Origin: Candidatus Taenariivivens baikalensis
GTDB taxonomy: Bacteria > Omnitrophota > Omnitrophia > Omnitrophales > Aquincolibacteriaceae
Assembly (NCBI GenBank): GCA_009691445.1
Contig: SICL01000004.1
Coordinates: forward strand, 30,708-94,707
Reading direction: 5' to 3'
Length of the DNA: 64,000 nucleotides
Shown here: piece after piece, positions 45,344 through 54,833 of the stretch
How positions within the stretch are numbered: the stretch's first letter is position 1
Layout of the letters: the number at the start of each line of letters is the position of its first letter
Made by a program: the position numbers and the translations under genes
Notes under the pieces: generated by a model
Seen by the model: only the letters and a program-made list of their open reading frames with translations
Databases searched by the model: none
Told to the model about the DNA's origin: nothing

Positions 45344-48300
45344 ATGACCAACAATCCAAAGACATGTCATAAAAAAATAATGTGGAATAGAGGTGTTCTG
45401 AAGGACCGTTTTGCGCCGTTTCTTTTACTCTTGACCTGTTTAAGCCTGACAACAGTGGGTTTCGTCTTTCTCAGTCGCATGACCCATGAAAAAGCATCCC
45501 TTAAGTTTGAGTCGGAATGGCGGGATATCAAGGCCAGGATCCAGACCCATGTCAATATGTACACTGAACAGCTTTACGCAAACCGCGCGCTCTTTGCCGC
45601 AAGTAAGAGTGTTGAACGTAATGAGTGGGCGTCGTTTATAAACAACCAACGTCTCTCAAGTCAGTTCCCAGGAATTGTCGCAAGTGAATTTATTGAATCG
45701 GTTTCAAGCGACGCATTGGGGGACTTTATCCGCTCCGTCAAAGAGGATAAGAGCATCGATCCAGAAGGATATCCCACATTTGATGTCTTCCCCAAACATC
45801 AAACAAAAAATCATTATATTGTCACTTATGTTGAGCCTTTTACGTCTAATCGAAAAGTGTTTGGATATAACATGTCTTCAGACGGCATGCGTTCTGAGGT
45901 TTTGCAAAGAGCCGCTGAAACCGGAAAAGCTGTAGCCACAAGCAAGATTCACCTTATTCAAGATCCGTCCCATGCGGGCCTAATCATCGCTTTGCCCATC
46001 TATAAAAACAAACTCCCCGTTACCAACAAGACAGAGCGGTTAACTGCGCTTCAGGGGTTCGTCGCAAGCGTCATCGATACTTCTGCTTTTTTTAGACACG
46101 ACTTCATTCTGTCCACGGCTACCAACCAAATCGGTTTTGAGATTTTCGATTCTGCCCTGACAACCAAAGATCACCTCTTGTTTAATTTTGATCATTCGCT
46201 CAATTCCACAAATCAACACGACAAGGCGAAGTTCTCGGTCAACACGCCGATGGTGATCGGAAACCGAACATTCATCCTGAACTTCACAGCCTCACAAAAT
46301 TTCCGTCTGGGTGAGGGACAGGAGTGGTTTCCCTACTGGATTTTAGGCATCGGTATCCTCACCAGCTTTCTTTTTTTCACCCTTCTGCAAGTTTTAGCCT
46401 CGAGAGAATCCAAAGCCCTGCAATATGCTGACGAAAAGACGGAGGAAATTAAACTGCTGCTTGAGGCTTCAACGGACGGCATCTATGGAATTAATCTCGA
46501 AGGTCGGTTTACTTTTATGAATTCTGCCGCGCTTCAATTGCTGGGTTACGCTCTTGAGGAAGTTATCGGAAAAAATATTCATCACTTAGCTCATTTAAAA
46601 AAGTTAGACGGTGCCCCCTACCCCATCGAAGATTGCCCGATCTATCAAGCATTTCAATCTGGAATCTCCTGCCGAGTCGATACTGAGGTTTTGTGGCACA
46701 AAGACGGAACCTCCTTCCCCGTCGAATATTCTGCTTCACCGATGATTCGCCGGGGAAAGATATTAGGGTCATTGTGTACTTTTAGTGATATCACCGAGCG
46801 TAAAATAGCAGAGGAAAAATTAGCTCGAGCGGCAGCGGAAGCCGAAATTTTGCATCAAGCAGCTACTTTCGCCACACGGGATCTCACCTTTGATGTGGCC
46901 CTTAAAGAAACGCTTGCCTTAGTTTGTCAGGGTATCCATTGGCCCGTGGGACATGTCTGTAAATTGTCCCCCGATCACAAGGGCTTGGAATCCACCGATA
47001 TCTGGTATTTGAACGATCCAGAAAAGTACCACCCCTTCAAAAAATTGACGGAAAGTTTATATTTCCCTATCGGAACGGGGCTGCCCGGACGCATTGCCCA
47101 ATCTCGTGACATTGCTTGGATTGATAATGTGCAGAATGACCATAATTTCCCGCGAAAACAAGTTTGCGCCGAAGTCGGTATTACCTCTGCTTTTGCTTTT
47201 CCGATTACGATTGAAGGACGGGTCGTTGCGGTTTTAGAGTTCTTCATCCCCAAAGCACTAAAACCGGATGCGGACATTTTGAAACTCGTGGGCAATCTCT
47301 CAAAACAACTTCAAGTGGTTTTTGAGAAAAAAAGGGCGGCGGAAGCGGCGGAAGCGGTGGAAGCAAGCCGTCTCCGGCTGCAGGCTGTTTTGGATTCTGC
47401 CACAGAAGTTTCCATTATTACAACAGACACTCAAGGGCTTATCACCGTCTTTAACAAAGGAGCAGAAAAAATGCTGGGCTGGAAAGCAGAGGAAATGCTT
47501 TACCAGAAAACGCCGGAGGTTATTCACACTTTTGAGGAAGTCTCCGAGCGGGGAAAAGAAATGTCTCTCACTTCAGGGAAAACTGTGGAGGGATTTGAAG
47601 TTTTTGTGGCCAATGCGCGTGCAGGAAAGCCTCAGCTCAGGGAATGGACTTACGTCAAAAAAGACGGCACCCGTTTCCCCGTCAGTCTTTATATTACGGG
47701 AGTGTACAATGCCAGCCATGAGCTTTCTGGCTTTTTGGGAATCGCTACGGATATCACAAAAATTAAACAAGCTGAAATTCAGCTTCAAGAAGCGGCGCGT
47801 CAAGCATACGAAGCGTCGCGTATAAAATCTGATTTCTTAGCCACCATGAGCCATGAAATTCGTACGCCAATGAACGCCATTCTCGGAATGAGCGACTTAC
47901 TGACCGAGACGCCTTTGACGGCTGAACAAAAAGACTATCTGGCACGATTATCCCGCGCGGGCGAGACTCTTTTAAGCATTATTAATGACGTGCTTGACCT
48001 TTCAAAGATTGAAGCCCGCTCCATGGAGATTGAGCATATTGCATTTAATTTAAAAGAGCAGGTAGGAAAAACGGTCGACTTGCTGGCCTCTAAAGCTCAT
48101 CAAAAAGGGCTCGCGATTCATTGGCAGCTCGACCCAGAGATTCCGGCGATACTGCAGTCTGACCCAACCCGCTTGTGGCAAATCCTGCTGAATTTGATCA
48201 ACAATGCCATCAAGTTTACTGAGGAAGGTGAGATTTCCTTGTCGGTAAAACCGGTAAAAAAGGAGATTGAACATAAAGAGAAAAATGAAATTTGGCTTCA

Positions 48301-48988
48301 CTTTGCTCTGTCGGATACCGGAATTGGCATTCCGAGAGATAAAATAAACAAACTATTTAAGCCGTTCGCGCAGGCCGATTCATCAACGACGCGAAAATTC
48401 GGCGGTACCGGTTTGGGCTTAAATATCTGCAAACGGCTTGTGGAGCTGATGGGAGGAAAGATTTGGGCGGAAAGCGAGGAAGGAAAAGGTTCCTGTTTCC
48501 ATTTTATTCTCCCCTTTGGGAAATCAGATACGCTTCAGGAAAAGGCCCTGGAGACAGCTTCCGAAGACTCCCCCTTGGCATCAAGTCTAAAAATTCTTCT
48601 TGCGGATGACTCCGAGGACAATCAGAGTCTCATCCAGGCTTATTTGAAGAAATATCCTTATCAAATTGACATCGCAGAAAATGGAAAAATTGCCTGCGAC
48701 AAATCGGCCGCCACGGAGTACGATGTCATCTTGATGGATATGCAAATGCCGGAAATGGACGGCTATACCGCCTCTCGAATTATTCGCGAACGAGAAGCAA
48801 TCGGCGGCCCCAAACGGCATGTGCCGATTATTGCCCTGACAGCCAACGCATTAATTCAGGACGCTCAAAGATGTCTCGCCGCTGGCTGCGATCAGCATCT
48901 TTCGAAACCCATCAAAAAATCGATTTTGTTACAAACTTTGCAGTCGATATCTATAAAAAGGCTGCTTGAAAGGCGGGGACTAAAATGA
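45344..48988 (+). CDS. hybrid sensor histidine kinase (TM-CHASE-TM-PAS-GAF-PAS-HisKA-HATPase-REC)
   Basis: MSHEIRTPMN H-box, N/G1/F/G2 boxes (DTGIGI, GGTGLGL), ILMDMQMPEMDG receiver; start uncertain. Confidence 0.95.
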   Translation: MTNNPKTCHKKIMWNRGVLKDRFAPFLLLLTCLSLTTVGFVFLSRMTHEKASLKFESEWRDIKARIQTHVNMYTEQLYANRALFAASKSVERNEWASFINNQRLSSQFPGIVASEFIESVSSDALGDFIRSVKEDKSIDPEGYPTFDVFPKHQTKNHYIVTYVEPFTSNRKVFGYNMSSDGMRSEVLQRAAETGKAVATSKIHLIQDPSHAGLIIALPIYKNKLPVTNKTERLTALQGFVASVIDTSAFFRHDFILSTATNQIGFEIFDSALTTKDHLLFNFDHSLNSTNQHDKAKFSVNTPMVIGNRTFILNFTASQNFRLGEGQEWFPYWILGIGILTSFLFFTLLQVLASRESKALQYADEKTEEIKLLLEASTDGIYGINLEGRFTFMNSAALQLLGYALEEVIGKNIHHLAHLKKLDGAPYPIEDCPIYQAFQSGISCRVDTEVLWHKDGTSFPVEYSASPMIRRGKILGSLCTFSDITERKIAEEKLARAAAEAEILHQAATFATRDLTFDVALKETLALVCQGIHWPVGHVCKLSPDHKGLESTDIWYLNDPEKYHPFKKLTESLYFPIGTGLPGRIAQSRDIAWIDNVQNDHNFPRKQVCAEVGITSAFAFPITIEGRVVAVLEFFIPKALKPDADILKLVGNLSKQLQVVFEKKRAAEAAEAVEASRLRLQAVLDSATEVSIITTDTQGLITVFNKGAEKMLGWKAEEMLYQKTPEVIHTFEEVSERGKEMSLTSGKTVEGFEVFVANARAGKPQLREWTYVKKDGTRFPVSLYITGVYNASHELSGFLGIATDITKIKQAEIQLQEAARQAYEASRIKSDFLATMSHEIRTPMNAILGMSDLLTETPLTAEQKDYLARLSRAGETLLSIINDVLDLSKIEARSMEIEHIAFNLKEQVGKTVDLLASKAHQKGLAIHWQLDPEIPAILQSDPTRLWQILLNLINNAIKFTEEGEISLSVKPVKKEIEHKEKNEIWLHFALSDTGIGIPRDKINKLFKPFAQADSSTTRKFGGTGLGLNICKRLVELMGGKIWAESEEGKGSCFHFILPFGKSDTLQEKALETASEDSPLASSLKILLADDSEDNQSLIQAYLKKYPYQIDIAENGKIACDKSAATEYDVILMDMQMPEMDGYTASRIIREREAIGGPKRHVPIIALTANALIQDAQRCLAAGCDQHLSKPIKKSILLQTLQSISIKRLLERRGLK

Positions 48989-49455
48989 AACAAATTATCT
49001 GTATTGATCTACTGGAAGACAATGACGACGATGCCCTGGTGATTAAGGTTAAAAGTCAAAAACTACGATACGATTTTCACTGGGAAATTTTTAAGGACGC
49101 GTCCTCAGCGGAAGCCCATTACAAGCATTTGCTCACCGAGCTTGGGCCTTCAAATCCCCTCCCTTCCAACCGCCTGATCCTGTTGGATCTGGCATTGCAG
49201 CAATCTCATGGATTTGAATTTCTGAGTTTCATTAAAAAGGGCGATCCACGCCTTGCGACACTGCCGATCATTATTGTCACTGCTTCCGATTCCAAAGAGG
49301 ATGTGAGAAATACTTTCAAGGGAGGCGGCACCGCCTTCTTAAAAAAACCTTTTGCTCTGGAGGAATTCACACGCACTCTTGAAACCCTGATCATGACCGG
49401 CCGCTTGAAACCTCTTTGCGACGCTGACGAAAAGACGGATGCGCTGAAGAGATAA
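48985..49455 (+). CDS. single-domain response regulator
   Basis: LLEDNDDD, LILLDL, VTAS, FLKKP. Confidence 0.9.
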   Translation: MKQIICIDLLEDNDDDALVIKVKSQKLRYDFHWEIFKDASSAEAHYKHLLTELGPSNPLPSNRLILLDLALQQSHGFEFLSFIKKGDPRLATLPIIIVTASDSKEDVRNTFKGGGTAFLKKPFALEEFTRTLETLIMTGRLKPLCDADEKTDALKR

Positions 49456-49601
49456 AATAAAACCTTGCTGGCCCAAATCACCCCTTTGGTTTATGGGAAA
49501 CTGGTCAAGGATATTTCCATTTTGTACCAGGACACCCACAGACCCTGGTGAAATCTTACTGGCACGGATTGGCCAAAGAATTGTCGAGGGGGGCACTGTT
49601 A

Positions 49602-49673
49602 AGATCTCTCGCTGCGCTCGAGATAAATTTCCGCAAGATGAGTCTCTCGGATCCTTCGCTGTACTCAGGATGA
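49602..49673. repeat. two right-half remnants of GTCAT-type palindromic elements
   Basis: AGATCTCTCGCTGCGCTCGAGATA and GGATCCTTCGCTGTACTCAGGATGA. Confidence 0.5.
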
Positions 49674-49707
49674 GTTCTCGATTGAAAAAGATAATTTTTA
49701 CGAGAAC

Positions 49708-50271
49708 TCACATATTGAGCGAACGCCGGAGAGCCGGATGCATTTTGCTGGGATTCCAGGGCGGGTCAAACACCAATTCAACACTCACTTCTTTAACTTT
49801 GGGCACGACCATCAGTTTATTGCGGATGTCCTGCTTGAGCCATTCTCCCATCCCACAGCCCGGAGCAGTGAGCGTCATTCGGATATTGACCTGGGTGTCG
49901 CCGGGTTCGGATGAAAGGGGGAAATCCGAGATCTTGCATTCATAAATCAGCCCAAGATCCACAATATTGTGAGGGATTTCTGGATCGTAGCAGGTGCGAA
50001 GCTGAGTCCAGATTAAATCTTCGACAGGCTTGTCTTCTTTGATGGCCTCTTCAGTTTTTTTGACTTCTTCAGGAATTTCTTTACCAATCGCATCCGCGTC
50101 TTTGCCCAAAATGCTGGCCATTTGACCCATCATCGTCGTGACAGTAAACGTACCACCTAAGGCTTGGGTCAATCGAAGATCGGTTCCCGGATACAAAATA
50201 ATCTGTTTTCCGCTCGGAATTTCAGTCGCTACACATTCGCGTTTTAACGTCACAACTTCTTGGGAAGACAT
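49708..50271 (-). CDS. sufT: Fe-S cluster assembly protein SufT (long, DUF59-containing)
   Basis: TQALGGTFTV, CYDPEIPHNIVDLGLIY, MTLTAPGCGMG; start set at ATG 50271. Confidence 0.9.
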   Translation of the reverse strand: MSSQEVVTLKRECVATEIPSGKQIILYPGTDLRLTQALGGTFTVTTMMGQMASILGKDADAIGKEIPEEVKKTEEAIKEDKPVEDLIWTQLRTCYDPEIPHNIVDLGLIYECKISDFPLSSEPGDTQVNIRMTLTAPGCGMGEWLKQDIRNKLMVVPKVKEVSVELVFDPPWNPSKMHPALRRSLNM

Positions 50272-50332
50272 CGTTTCTCCGAAATTTTTCCGCTTAGGTA
50301 TCGTGATAAACCGTCGATAGTCTAACACGATA

Positions 50333-51730
50333 ATGAAAAACTTAATGCGCTTAAAACCAACCGCACCAGGTTTTCTTCTTTTAGTCCTTTCTCTTTTCGG
50401 GCCATCTTCCACCGCCTTTGCCGTTGGTTCGGGCGGTTTTGAAAATGCGACCTTCAGTTCAATTGCTATCTCTCAGAGTAATGCCGTCACCGCTCAAGGC
50501 GAAGAACCGGCGGCTATTTCCTATAACCCGGCAGGAATTGCTAATCTAAAAGGCCTGCAAGTGGAATCCAATATGGGTTTTATCAGCGTAATCACCCATA
50601 TCAGTAAGCAGAGCCAGGACGGAAAAACTCAGAGCTCCGGGACACTCGTGGAAGTTCCCACGGGCTATCTGACTTTCAATCCCGGAAAAGTCTTTAATGA
50701 CCGGCTGGTGCTAGGAATCGGGTCCGATTCGCCCTTTGGCCTCTCCAACAAGTGGGATTCAGCCAATCAAGCAGTCCGGTACACGGGCTACAAGAACTGG
50801 CTCAAAATGTATACCCTGAAACCCACGGTTGCCTTCAAATTCACGGATTGGTTGTCGGTTGGTGCCGGGGCCATGAATTACCGCGTTTTTAATTTTGGAT
50901 CAGTCCAAGCCTACCCTAACAATGCTATTGTTCCGGGATCTCCGGACGGCCAGCTTCGACTCAATATGAGCGGCTCTCATTGGGGTTGGCATTTCGGAGC
51001 GCGTGTGAAACCAGCTCCAAAGCATCAGTTTGGATTTTATTTCCGGAGTCCTGTTAAAATTCACATCCGAGGAAAAGTAAAGGTGGAACGCTCTTCCTTT
51101 GCGCCGGGAGGACGTTTTGAAAGCGGTGCTTATTCCAATCTTGATCTTCCGATGAATATGACCTGGGGCTATGCTTTCATGCCTAATCCCAAGAACACTA
51201 TTGAAGCAGATTTTGGCTACACACGCTGGTCTCAGCATAATCGTCTGGATGTGATTTCTACCGACAGCATCAGCACCTTCGATGACATGATTTTAGCCGC
51301 CATCAGTCTCAATGCCCATGATTATGACGACACCTTCTCGATTCATCTCGGAGGAAATCACAAGGTCAATGACCGCCTGACCTTGCGCGCGGGAACATTA
51401 TTTTATACGGCCGCGGTGCCCAAAAACCATCTTATCCCTGCGGTGCCGGACAGTAACAGGCTGGCTTTTTCTGCAGGTCTCAGCTACCAGATCAATCAAA
51501 TGATGGCCCTGGATGTTTGCTATATGAACATGATTGGCCTGCGCAGAGGCGTGAATAATGATATCGGCGAATCCCTCGGCGGATCTGGGGATGGAAAATA
51601 TACTTCTGATTATAATATTTTCCTGATCTCAATGAGGTTGATGTGGGAAGATCTGTTTGACAAGATGCTGCCTGGAAGTAAACCCTCAGAACCTGCTCAA
51701 AAGTTGGAAGTTTCCCCGGAAATAAAATAA
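50333..51730 (+). CDS. FadL/OmpP1/TodX outer-membrane hydrophobic-compound channel
   Basis: Signal peptide, YNPAG hatch motif, SPFGL, P..PDSNR. Confidence 0.88.
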   Translation: MKNLMRLKPTAPGFLLLVLSLFGPSSTAFAVGSGGFENATFSSIAISQSNAVTAQGEEPAAISYNPAGIANLKGLQVESNMGFISVITHISKQSQDGKTQSSGTLVEVPTGYLTFNPGKVFNDRLVLGIGSDSPFGLSNKWDSANQAVRYTGYKNWLKMYTLKPTVAFKFTDWLSVGAGAMNYRVFNFGSVQAYPNNAIVPGSPDGQLRLNMSGSHWGWHFGARVKPAPKHQFGFYFRSPVKIHIRGKVKVERSSFAPGGRFESGAYSNLDLPMNMTWGYAFMPNPKNTIEADFGYTRWSQHNRLDVISTDSISTFDDMILAAISLNAHDYDDTFSIHLGGNHKVNDRLTLRAGTLFYTAAVPKNHLIPAVPDSNRLAFSAGLSYQINQMMALDVCYMNMIGLRRGVNNDIGESLGGSGDGKYTSDYNIFLISMRLMWEDLFDKMLPGSKPSEPAQKLEVSPEIK

Positions 51731-52236
51731 CGAAGCGTCGACTGCAGTTTTAGAATCGCCTCATCCTTCAAGCGGCTGATCGGATTTCCGTAATAACGTT
51801 TGATCGTCTTTTCAATATCTTCATCCGTGGCAAGAACGATTTCAATATCCCGAATGCCGGGCACGCACTCGAGATCTTTAAGAGAAGCGAGATTCATGGG
51901 ATCAGGGATAGCCACAAGCATCATCCCTTCCTGGATCGTAATCGGGATTAAACCATGTTCGACAGCGAACTGTTTTGAAACCGCTTGCAGGGCCTTGGCC
52001 TGAATCTTGATTTGAGATAAATCCACAAACTGTTTTCCAAACTGAATTGCCAGGGCCTGATATAAAATATTTTTCGAAATGACTCCGTTATCAATCAGTA
52101 TCTTTCCAAGAGGGCGCTTCTTCTCATCGTATTTCTGGAAATTTAACGCGTCTTCAAGATCCTGCCCCTGAACCCACCCCTGATGAAGCAAAATTTCTCC
52201 GATTCGTATGGGCTTCCGTTGTGTGGATATGATCAT
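51697..52236 (-). CDS. stand-alone MshEN / GspE N-terminal domain protein
   Basis: RIGEILLHQG..LEDALNFQ and PLGKILIDNG..LYQALAIQ repeats; VAIPDP; no ATPase domain. Confidence 0.85.
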   Translation of the reverse strand: MIISTQRKPIRIGEILLHQGWVQGQDLEDALNFQKYDEKKRPLGKILIDNGVISKNILYQALAIQFGKQFVDLSQIKIQAKALQAVSKQFAVEHGLIPITIQEGMMLVAIPDPMNLASLKDLECVPGIRDIEIVLATDEDIEKTIKRYYGNPISRLKDEAILKLQSTLRYFISGETSNF

Positions 52237-52348
52237 CCTTAACCTCTTGGTTAATTAAACCTTACCTGTCGCAAACACTTTCTACAAGGGCTTTGTTGGT
52301 TTTATCTCTATCAATGCTGATCAGGTTGGGGGGGATCATCTCTCATTC

Positions 52349-52429
52349 GTCATTGCGAGCTACAGCGAAGCAATCTCGGGTTGTGCGCTTGAGATTGCCG
52401 CGTCGTCCTGCGGGACTCCTCGCAATGAC
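52349..52429. repeat. GTCATTGCGAG...CTCGCAATGAC element, tandem copy 1
   Basis: Terminal IR plus internal GCAATCTC/GAGATTGC stem. Confidence 0.9.
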
Positions 52430-52444
52430 TAAAATCTTTTCGTT

Positions 52445-52532
52445 GTCATTGCGAGCTGCAGCGAAGCAATCTTGCTGGTTGTGCCCAAGGATTATTGCCG
52501 CGTCTCCGCCCAAGCGCGGGACTCGCAATGAC
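52445..52532. repeat. GTCATTGCGAG...CTCGCAATGAC element, tandem copy 2
   Basis: Terminal IR; 15 bp from copy 1. Confidence 0.88.
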
Positions 52533-52584
52533 TACCAACGGAAATGAACCGCACAATGACAGAATAAGAGGATCTTATTCCCAC

Positions 52585-53043
52585 TTATCCTCGAATGAAG
52601 TCTTGCCTGGAAGAATCCCATATAAAAAGCGCTGAGTCGAAAGCCTTCCCCGCCTGAATGGAAAAAATTAAATAGGCGGCATTGGGATAAACAGGGTTTC
52701 CCTCCCATAGAGCCTGGCGGCGATCTTCTTCGGAAAAGGCTGCTGGGGCATCAATATGAGAATGATAAATGAGACAAATAATCAGGCTGTCGCGACGAAG
52801 TCTTTGATGAACTAATAGAAGTTCGCGAGGATCGATTAAATAAGCAGCGCGGGAAGTGCGAGGATATGTCTGAGGATCCTTGCGATGAAGTTCATCCTGC
52901 ACATTTCTACAGGGAATGATTTCTAGCAGTGTATCGGGATTCTTATTCGTCGCCAGACCTAAGCCACAGCATTCCTGGGGATATTCTTGTTCGGCGTGCT
53001 GCTGAATGCGAAAGAGTAAATTCTGCGGAATGGTGAGGGGCAT
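52585..53043 (-). CDS. JAB/MPN+ (M67) metallopeptidase
   Basis: YPQECCG ... YHSH...FSEEDR JAMM motif. Confidence 0.9.
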   Translation of the reverse strand: MPLTIPQNLLFRIQQHAEQEYPQECCGLGLATNKNPDTLLEIIPCRNVQDELHRKDPQTYPRTSRAAYLIDPRELLLVHQRLRRDSLIICLIYHSHIDAPAAFSEEDRRQALWEGNPVYPNAAYLIFSIQAGKAFDSALFIWDSSRQDFIRG

Positions 53044-53060
53044 ATGATTCCACACATTTT

Positions 53061-53136
53061 GTCATCCCCGAAATTTCTTGTCGAGGAGAGGATCCAAAAG
53101 GCTTCTGGATTCCCGCCTAAAGCATGCGGGAATGAC
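53061..53136. repeat. GTCATYCCCG...CGGGAATGAC palindromic element
   Basis: GTCATCCCCG...GGATCCA...TGGATTCCCGC-CTAAAGCAT-GCGGGAATGAC. Confidence 0.85.
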
Positions 53137-53146
53137 AAACACCTAA

Positions 53147-54739
53147 TTAATCCTGGTGGATAATTCCGGCAATTCGGCCAGACCTGATTTGAACGCGTAC
53201 ATGGGCAGACTGTGCTTTGGATCCCGAACGCACAGTATGAATCACCGCATCAAACACCTCTGCGCTGGATCCTAAATCAATCGTCGGCGAGTGAACATCC
53301 GCTGAACTGAGGTTTTTACCTTGGGCATTAACGAGATCCACATGATACGTCGTTTGCTCTGTGGTCCAAAACTTGTGATCTATCGCCAGATCTTTAAAGC
53401 TAAGCAATTGGTTTTGTAATGAAAAATCTTCCAGGGGAGAGGATGTTTCAAACCCGTATTTCCCAATCAGATCCCGGCGCTCAATAAGCACCTTGGCAAC
53501 GGTTTCGCTGTCCTCGGGCTTGGAAAGTTTTCCGGTTTTCACAATCGCACGAATATTCTCATCCGAAAAGGACATGATAATCTTGGTTGCCCAAAGCGCA
53601 TCCGCACGGGTTAAGTCCTTAAACGCGTAATGCGGCAGCTGGGTTTTGTATTTCGCGGGATCAAAATAACGGTTGTCAAAATAACCGACTGCCGGAGAAA
53701 CACTCATCAGATTTTCTCCCGTATCTTTCCAACGTTTTTGCCAGGGCTTTTTCCAAAATCCAAAAGAAAAAATGGCTTTCCCGGTATCACCATAATCCAC
53801 AAAATACTCGTGAGTGGCCATGGGAGGCTTGGCGCCGTTCGAAGAACTGCCTAGTGCATCCTGAAAATCCATCAGGTAATGTTTCAAAACTGGCTTTCCA
53901 TTGTCACTCACCAGAAGATCCTGCGTATTACCTTCCCGCAGGTCATCCTCACCTAACCAAGAACCAAAGACACGCAAAGCCCGAAGCGCCCGTAAGCAAT
54001 CATGATTAATTTTATCTTGAGGATCAGCGCTGCGGCGGCCTTGAAATCGAAAAACCCCTTTGTCTTCTCCTGCCGGTGTTTTTCTCGCGGAAGCCCGGTA
54101 ACGGCCTTCTTCGTCCTGGGGAACAAAAGTAATATATTGTTCAAAACGTTCCTGCGTTAGTTTTTTCTGAAAGCCGGTGTCGTCATAGACAGTCGCAGAG
54201 GGGGCAATGGAGACCTGCTTCAAGGTGAAGGTCGCAATTGTATATTGAGGAACTGAATAGCCAATCGCGTGAAAAAAACGGCTGGCGATGGAATCGGCGG
54301 ATGTCTGAAGCTCCAACGAGTCTTCGGAATCGAATTTCAAAAAATAAGCTCCTCCCTTGGAATCCTTGATAAAAAATCCAGGATGAAGACCGTTGAATTT
54401 GCCTTGAGTGATCGTAAGTCCGTTGCTGAAATCAGGGCCTTCATTTTCCGCAGGACCTTTGGCCAGCTCCTCAGCACTGAGGGGCTTGCGGGCGTGACGA
54501 TTCACAAAGAACGCTGAATCCGGAACTTCATCATAGGCATTAACATCCAGCGAACGGAGTTTTTTCTTGGCAACAAAGCGGTAAAGCCGGTCCAAATGAA
54601 GAAAATTGGTGCCTTCGTAGTAGACGTTCTGATTAAAAAGATCGGCGAAAAAACTGGTCTCTTGTGTTTTGATCTCTTGCGCAAAGGCAGGCGCCGACAG
54701 CGGAAGCGTTGCTGCAATCATGACAATGGCTATTGTCAT
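53147..54739 (-). CDS. exported hypothetical protein with atypical-kinase-like motifs
   Basis: Signal-like MTIAIVMIAATLPLSAPAFA-Q; YFLKFD, IASRFFHAIGYSVP, DDLREGN, LMDF; true start uncertain (ORF open to 54952). Confidence 0.7.
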   Translation of the reverse strand: MTIAIVMIAATLPLSAPAFAQEIKTQETSFFADLFNQNVYYEGTNFLHLDRLYRFVAKKKLRSLDVNAYDEVPDSAFFVNRHARKPLSAEELAKGPAENEGPDFSNGLTITQGKFNGLHPGFFIKDSKGGAYFLKFDSEDSLELQTSADSIASRFFHAIGYSVPQYTIATFTLKQVSIAPSATVYDDTGFQKKLTQERFEQYITFVPQDEEGRYRASARKTPAGEDKGVFRFQGRRSADPQDKINHDCLRALRALRVFGSWLGEDDLREGNTQDLLVSDNGKPVLKHYLMDFQDALGSSSNGAKPPMATHEYFVDYGDTGKAIFSFGFWKKPWQKRWKDTGENLMSVSPAVGYFDNRYFDPAKYKTQLPHYAFKDLTRADALWATKIIMSFSDENIRAIVKTGKLSKPEDSETVAKVLIERRDLIGKYGFETSSPLEDFSLQNQLLSFKDLAIDHKFWTTEQTTYHVDLVNAQGKNLSSADVHSPTIDLGSSAEVFDAVIHTVRSGSKAQSAHVRVQIRSGRIAGIIHQD

Positions 54740-54760
54740 CCTAAGGCCTCTTTGCCTTAC

Positions 54761-54830
54761 GTCATTGCGAGGGAGCGGAGCGACCGCGGCAATCTCAGCG
54801 CTGAGATTGCTTCGCTTCGCTCGCAATGAC
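54761..54830. repeat. GTCATTGCGAG...CTCGCAATGAC element (70 bp)
   Basis: Near-identical inverted copy of 34356-34425. Confidence 0.92.
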
Positions 54831-54833
54831 GAC

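Noticed and set aside
49493-49945. 150-aa plus-strand ORF
   Set aside because: Overlaps sufT in antisense and repeat remnants; no motifs.
52293-52547. ORFs 52293-52547 (+) and 52343-52528 (-)
   Set aside because: Translations of the tandem palindromic repeats; no independent coding evidence.
52349-52560. Possible mini-CRISPR
   Set aside because: Units are 81-88-bp palindromes with dispersed copies elsewhere; there are no regular unique spacers and no cas genes.
52585-53043. JAB protein as part of a CBASS/ubiquitin-like defence system
   Set aside because: No E1/E2, Ubl or cyclase neighbours; it resembles housekeeping sulfur-carrier peptidases.
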